DNA of 63,546 bases, the filler included, from Squatina squatina (Eukaryota), in the NCBI GenBank assembly GCA_031763465.1. It is 4 parts of 4 records of this genome, joined end to end, with 100 filler letters (N's around TTAATTAATTAA, not from the genome) between each part and the next. Parts side by side here need not be neighbours in the genome. Positions count along the whole stretch, not along the records: positions 50,623 to 63,546 come from JARFOE010000013.1; 3 more parts are not named here. One strand, written 5' to 3'. How positions within the stretch are numbered: the stretch's first letter is position 1; every line of letters starts with the position of its first letter. A program made the translations under genes and the position numbers. The notes below the pieces were generated by a model that was not told the DNA's origin, did not search any database, and worked only from the letters and a program-made list of their open reading frames with translations. Below, one piece after another: positions 59,281 through 63,546 of the stretch.

Positions 59281-62200
59281 CTAGGTAACTTGTATACTGT
59301 TGTCATTGTGATTATCTCCACCTTCTCAGTGAAATGATACAACGCATTAATATTAAGGTTATGTAGTTAGGAGAATAATGCTCTGCATCTGCATTTTCCT
59401 TGCCATAACTGAGTGGAAGAGAAGGGAAACTTAAACACTAGGCCACTTTTGTCCCCATAGTCACTGATTTTGGGGCGTATTAGTGGTGTGTCTGAAGCAG
59501 GTTGTCTTGTGTGCCATCATGTAGGAGGACCCAACTGGGAAAACAGAAGGAAAAAAAGCTTTGTCTAGGACAAAAGAAAACTTGCTCACAGGCATGTTCT
59601 ATCGTCTACCAGTTTGGCATTGTAACTATGGCCCTAAAGTCACTGTCAGATTCTTCAACTTACAGTTTTTTCCATACACTGTATTGAAAGTTTAAAGATA
59701 CAAATTGGTTTAACTATTATATTGACTAATGAAAGGCAACATTCAATATATTTTTATTATTTCTTCAGGTTTTATTGCCTCATCTTCATACATCAACACA
59801 ATTTACACTGCATCTGATCAGAATCTCATCTGTCACCAGCTTAAGCTCTAGTTTTATAAACAAAACTGTCCATCACTTCCTGTGAGAGATGGTCACCCTT
59901 TGCTCTGTCTCCATTTTCACCACAAAAAGTAATGATCAAAGCATACTTTGAAAGTCTAGCCTTTTCATGCATCAGTACTTAGTCAAAGGTCATCAGCCTT
60001 CACTCTCACCACCTGATCCATTGCAAAACTGGTAACAGTAAAAGTTGCAGCTGGCCTCGTGGAGCAGCGAGCATGATGTTTGTGTGCCCAGCAGATGTAT
60101 AACTTGGTGGAATGATCTGAGTGCACCTGTTGGTCTACAACCATCTGCTATCCAAAATGTAGAGGGAGAAAAAAAAAATTATCCGTCTGTACGTAATCTC
60201 TATCCTGCAGCAAAGGGCCTTCAGGCAACAAAACACAAGCAAATAATCAAGCTTTACAAAGGAGGAAAGTCCAACACAAAGAAATCAGACAGCCCAGNNN
60301 NNNNNNNNNNNNNNNNNNNNNNNNNNNNNNNNNNNNNNNNNNNNNNNNNNNNNNNNNNNNNNNNNNNNNNNNNNNNNNNNNNNNNNNNNNNNNNNNNCCC
60401 CGCCTCAGACTGGATGGAGCGCTGTGAAAGCCCAGTCTCCAGGCAGCGTTCCCCGCCTCAGACTGGAAGAACTGGATGGAGCGCTGGCCACTAATGGAGG
60501 ACACGTTGGCCTAGGCTGCAAAATGATGCCAAAAGGGCCATTTCGGAGACAGTATCAAGGCTCTAGGGATAGCACTGCAGCTGTGTTGTCAAGGATTCAC
60601 TGGAATAGTGCTGGAAATATCCAAGGTGTGTGGAAAGAGAGAGAGAGATGTGTGTTTAGTGTCAGCCAGCAGGAGCAGTGTATGTTGTAAATAGAGGTTC
60701 TGTTTTGAACAAACGTATGACTTCTCTTCATTGACTTAAGAACCAGCATTGTAGAAACAGATAGATAGGAGTCGTTAACTGCACAGGAGCACGATGGGGA
60801 GGGAAGGTCTGAGTCAGGATGGGGTGAGGGGGCATGGCTCACATTCTCATCAACAAATTTAATGAAGATTTATTGAAAGCTATAATGAGCTTAACCACCA
60901 CCAAATCAATCACGAGACAAAAATAAATGGAAACACGAACTTCCATTTTTAAAACTTGAAATGTGAGGTGTGGTTCGTACTTTAGAAATTTCCACATAGT
61001 CCACTCGAGACACACAGACTCTGATTACTGGTATAAAATGAGGTGGAGATAGGAGTGTCGACCATGTCATGCAGCACAATTTGTACCAAATTACTGTGAT
61101 GTGATTAATGCCCAGAACAGCATCACGGGTTCAATGATCCAGAACAGGTCCTTGTGTGTATTCTCACTTCAGTTCTGTCAATGGGAGGTGCTGAGAGAGC
61201 CAGTTCCCAGTCAAACTGACTGGGAACTTCATAAATTCCCATCAGACATTTTCTCAAAACATGCTCCCAGCAGAGCCCCTCCTCTTGACCCATCTCCAGA
61301 AAATCAAATGGTGGGGCGCCCAGCTGCGACGTTTGGACTTGTGCTCCAGGTATGCACATTTAAACTTCATCAGATCTTGCATAATAGTAAAGGATAATGA
61401 GGCTCTATAATTGTATGTCTAATAGTAAATTAATATTTATGCAAAATGGAACTGTGTGCAGTTATCAGTGTAAGACAGTGGGAGGTACTTAGTACATCTT
61501 TAACAAACAAAACTAAAACAGGGCAATACCCAGTAATGAATATTCAAACTTTAATAACTGGCCACAATTGATGCTTTAGTCAATTTAACTAATTGTATTA
61601 TAACCCTGTTTTAACTGTGGAGTAGCGGTAATTACTGGAAGTAGTGCTTTATTATCTTGGGTAACACCACAAATGGCNNNNNNNNNNNNNNNNNNNNNNN
61701 NNNNNNNNNNNNNNNNNNNNNNNNNNNNNNNNNNNNNNNNNNNNNNNNNNNNNNNNNNNNNNNNNNNNNNNNNNNNNCCACTGGTACATGTAATGAACTT
61801 AATCAGTTATGAGCTATGACTACATCTGGTACCCCCACCAGGGAACACTTCACCTGCCTTGCTCTGTTGAAGCACACCTCCTGTAAGCTAATGTGCAAAA
61901 CAGCACTGATGAAGGCCATGTTCACTTGCTCATGTTCCTGATTGGATGAAAAAAGTAGAGCATGTGAAACTATGGACAAAATCTTCAAAAAAGCGAAAAC
62001 ATCGAATTGTTTCCTTTATTGTAGTTTACAATAAATTACACATGATCAGAATTCACAGGACAGGCAGCGCTTCTAAAGCTGCAGAACAGGAGGTGTAGAA
62101 ATATCTAAAACATACTTAAAATGCTTTACTGCTTGGTTGCATCAAAGAATTATGCAAACTACATAAATGTTCAATTTACCATAAGAAAACTTTTTTATAT

Positions 62201-63546
62201 TATTTGTTCTCTCTAAAGTCACATCATTGCAAAGCTCCAATTATTTGTCATTAAGTTTTGTAATACGTACCCTGCATGGAATTTTCCTATTTCAAATTAT
62301 TTTTTAGATAACCTGTAACAATATCACACNNNNNNNNNNNNNNNNNNNNNNNNNNNNNNNNNNNNNNNNNNNNNNNNNNNNNNNNNNNNNNNNNNNNNNN
62401 NNNNNNNNNNNNNNNNNNNNNNNNNNNNNCCACATCACTTGTTTAATTGTGCATTTATAAAGCTTTGAACCCAACAAGAAGCTTAACAAAGGTAAACCAC
62501 TTTATTTCTAAACTCACTGACTGCTAACACTGCTATTTGGCATTGTTTCAGCTGTCGTTCCAGGTCCTGGGAAGACACCAGATGGCATAATTATTGCTGC
62601 TGTGTCGAGAGGATTTAAGCTGCAGTGACATCACAATAGCAGTGAGTAGGAATTTATTAAAATTACCTTGACCAAAAATAACACAAAAAAATATTTTTTA
62701 CTGATTACATATAACTTAAGACCATATCAATTACACAATGCATTCTCATAAAAGGCACAATACTTTGTAATTTGTACATACTACATAGCTTCTAAAATCG
62801 AAATAATTTAAAAATATATATGTATTAACATTAGAATCTCAGAGAGGTGGTGTTCCTGCACTGCTGTAGATCAAGGATTATTTAGAAAGTGAAAACATAT
62901 TTTAAATTTGCTCATCTGCAGAACAGTTATTCATTATGGGTGTAACAGTTTTCAAGACTACTAGCCTTTCACATTTTTAGATATTCAACACAATGGACAC
63001 ATTGACTGTACATTGTCAATTTGCACACGTTTTTAAAAAAAAATCAGCAATAAACAATTAAGGATTAGAGGGGCTATTGTATTCATCGGTAGATAATTTT
63101 TGGCAGCCTTCCCAGAGCATTAAAATGCAAAGATCACATTTTAACAGCACATAGTACTGAAAATATTGGGTTCTGAGTCAGTCAGGGAGACTACAAAATG
63201 TAAGCATAATGAATCCTAAAGTCTCCATTGCTCTCCCTGTTTCTTCTCAATGTCAGTACACCATTAACACTGATGAAGACCAGCAACAAATGTCTGGGCA
63301 CCCTTTAGGACCGCCAGTACAAAAAAAAGGTAGCATTGGGCAATAAACTTGGGTAACGTGCAATAAGTGAATAAAAGAACAAACTACTACTCTGCCCATT
63401 TTTGGGATTGAAATAGGTAATGATAATTTTATATGAATTGTCATAAATTAAGCATTAAGCACTGATATGGTTTTTGATGGCTTATTTATAGGAATACATA
63501 GTTACAATAAATTGCAACAATCAGTGCAACAATGGATTTCTGTTAT

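Noticed and set aside
60398-60490. Short direct repeat ccccgcctcagactgga...tggatggagcgctg
   Set aside because: Two-copy local duplication at a gap edge, possibly an assembly or repeat remnant, with no further structure.
61803-62650. Candidate exons in the fourth scaffold (minus 61850-61940, plus 62564-62641)
   Set aside because: Splice-like sites exist but the translations are unrecognisable or contain stops; insufficient support.

Overview
Eukaryotic, intron-rich vertebrate DNA, most likely from a cartilaginous fish (inferred from CR1/L2/RTE LINE fragments, Deu-domain SINEs and a Penelope-like hairpin typical of shark genomes). The window is not one locus. Three artificial 100-nt spacers (N44-TTAATTAATTAA-N44) join four unrelated, heavily gapped scaffolds. 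(1) 1-14325: PAK3 first coding exon (-) head-to-head with three CHRDL1 exons (+). (2) 14426-33737: FCHSD2 exon 2 (-), a 5'-truncated intronless P2RY2-like GPCR (+) with unusual substitutions, and two CpG-rich promoter-like islands. (3) 33838-50522: a ninjurin-family last coding exon (+) not present in the supplied ORF track, then four FAM118A exons (+), converging tail-to-tail on four SMC1B exons (-). (4) 50623-63546: no recognisable exon, only repeats and possible conserved non-coding sequence. Gene calls rest on my recall of the human proteins plus GT/AG splice sites and exon sizes; no database search was run. Most 100-N gaps look like unsized placeholders, so missing exons and short distances across them are not biological. 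The most interesting candidate is a divergent ninjurin directly upstream of, and co-oriented with, the SIR2-like gene FAM118A.
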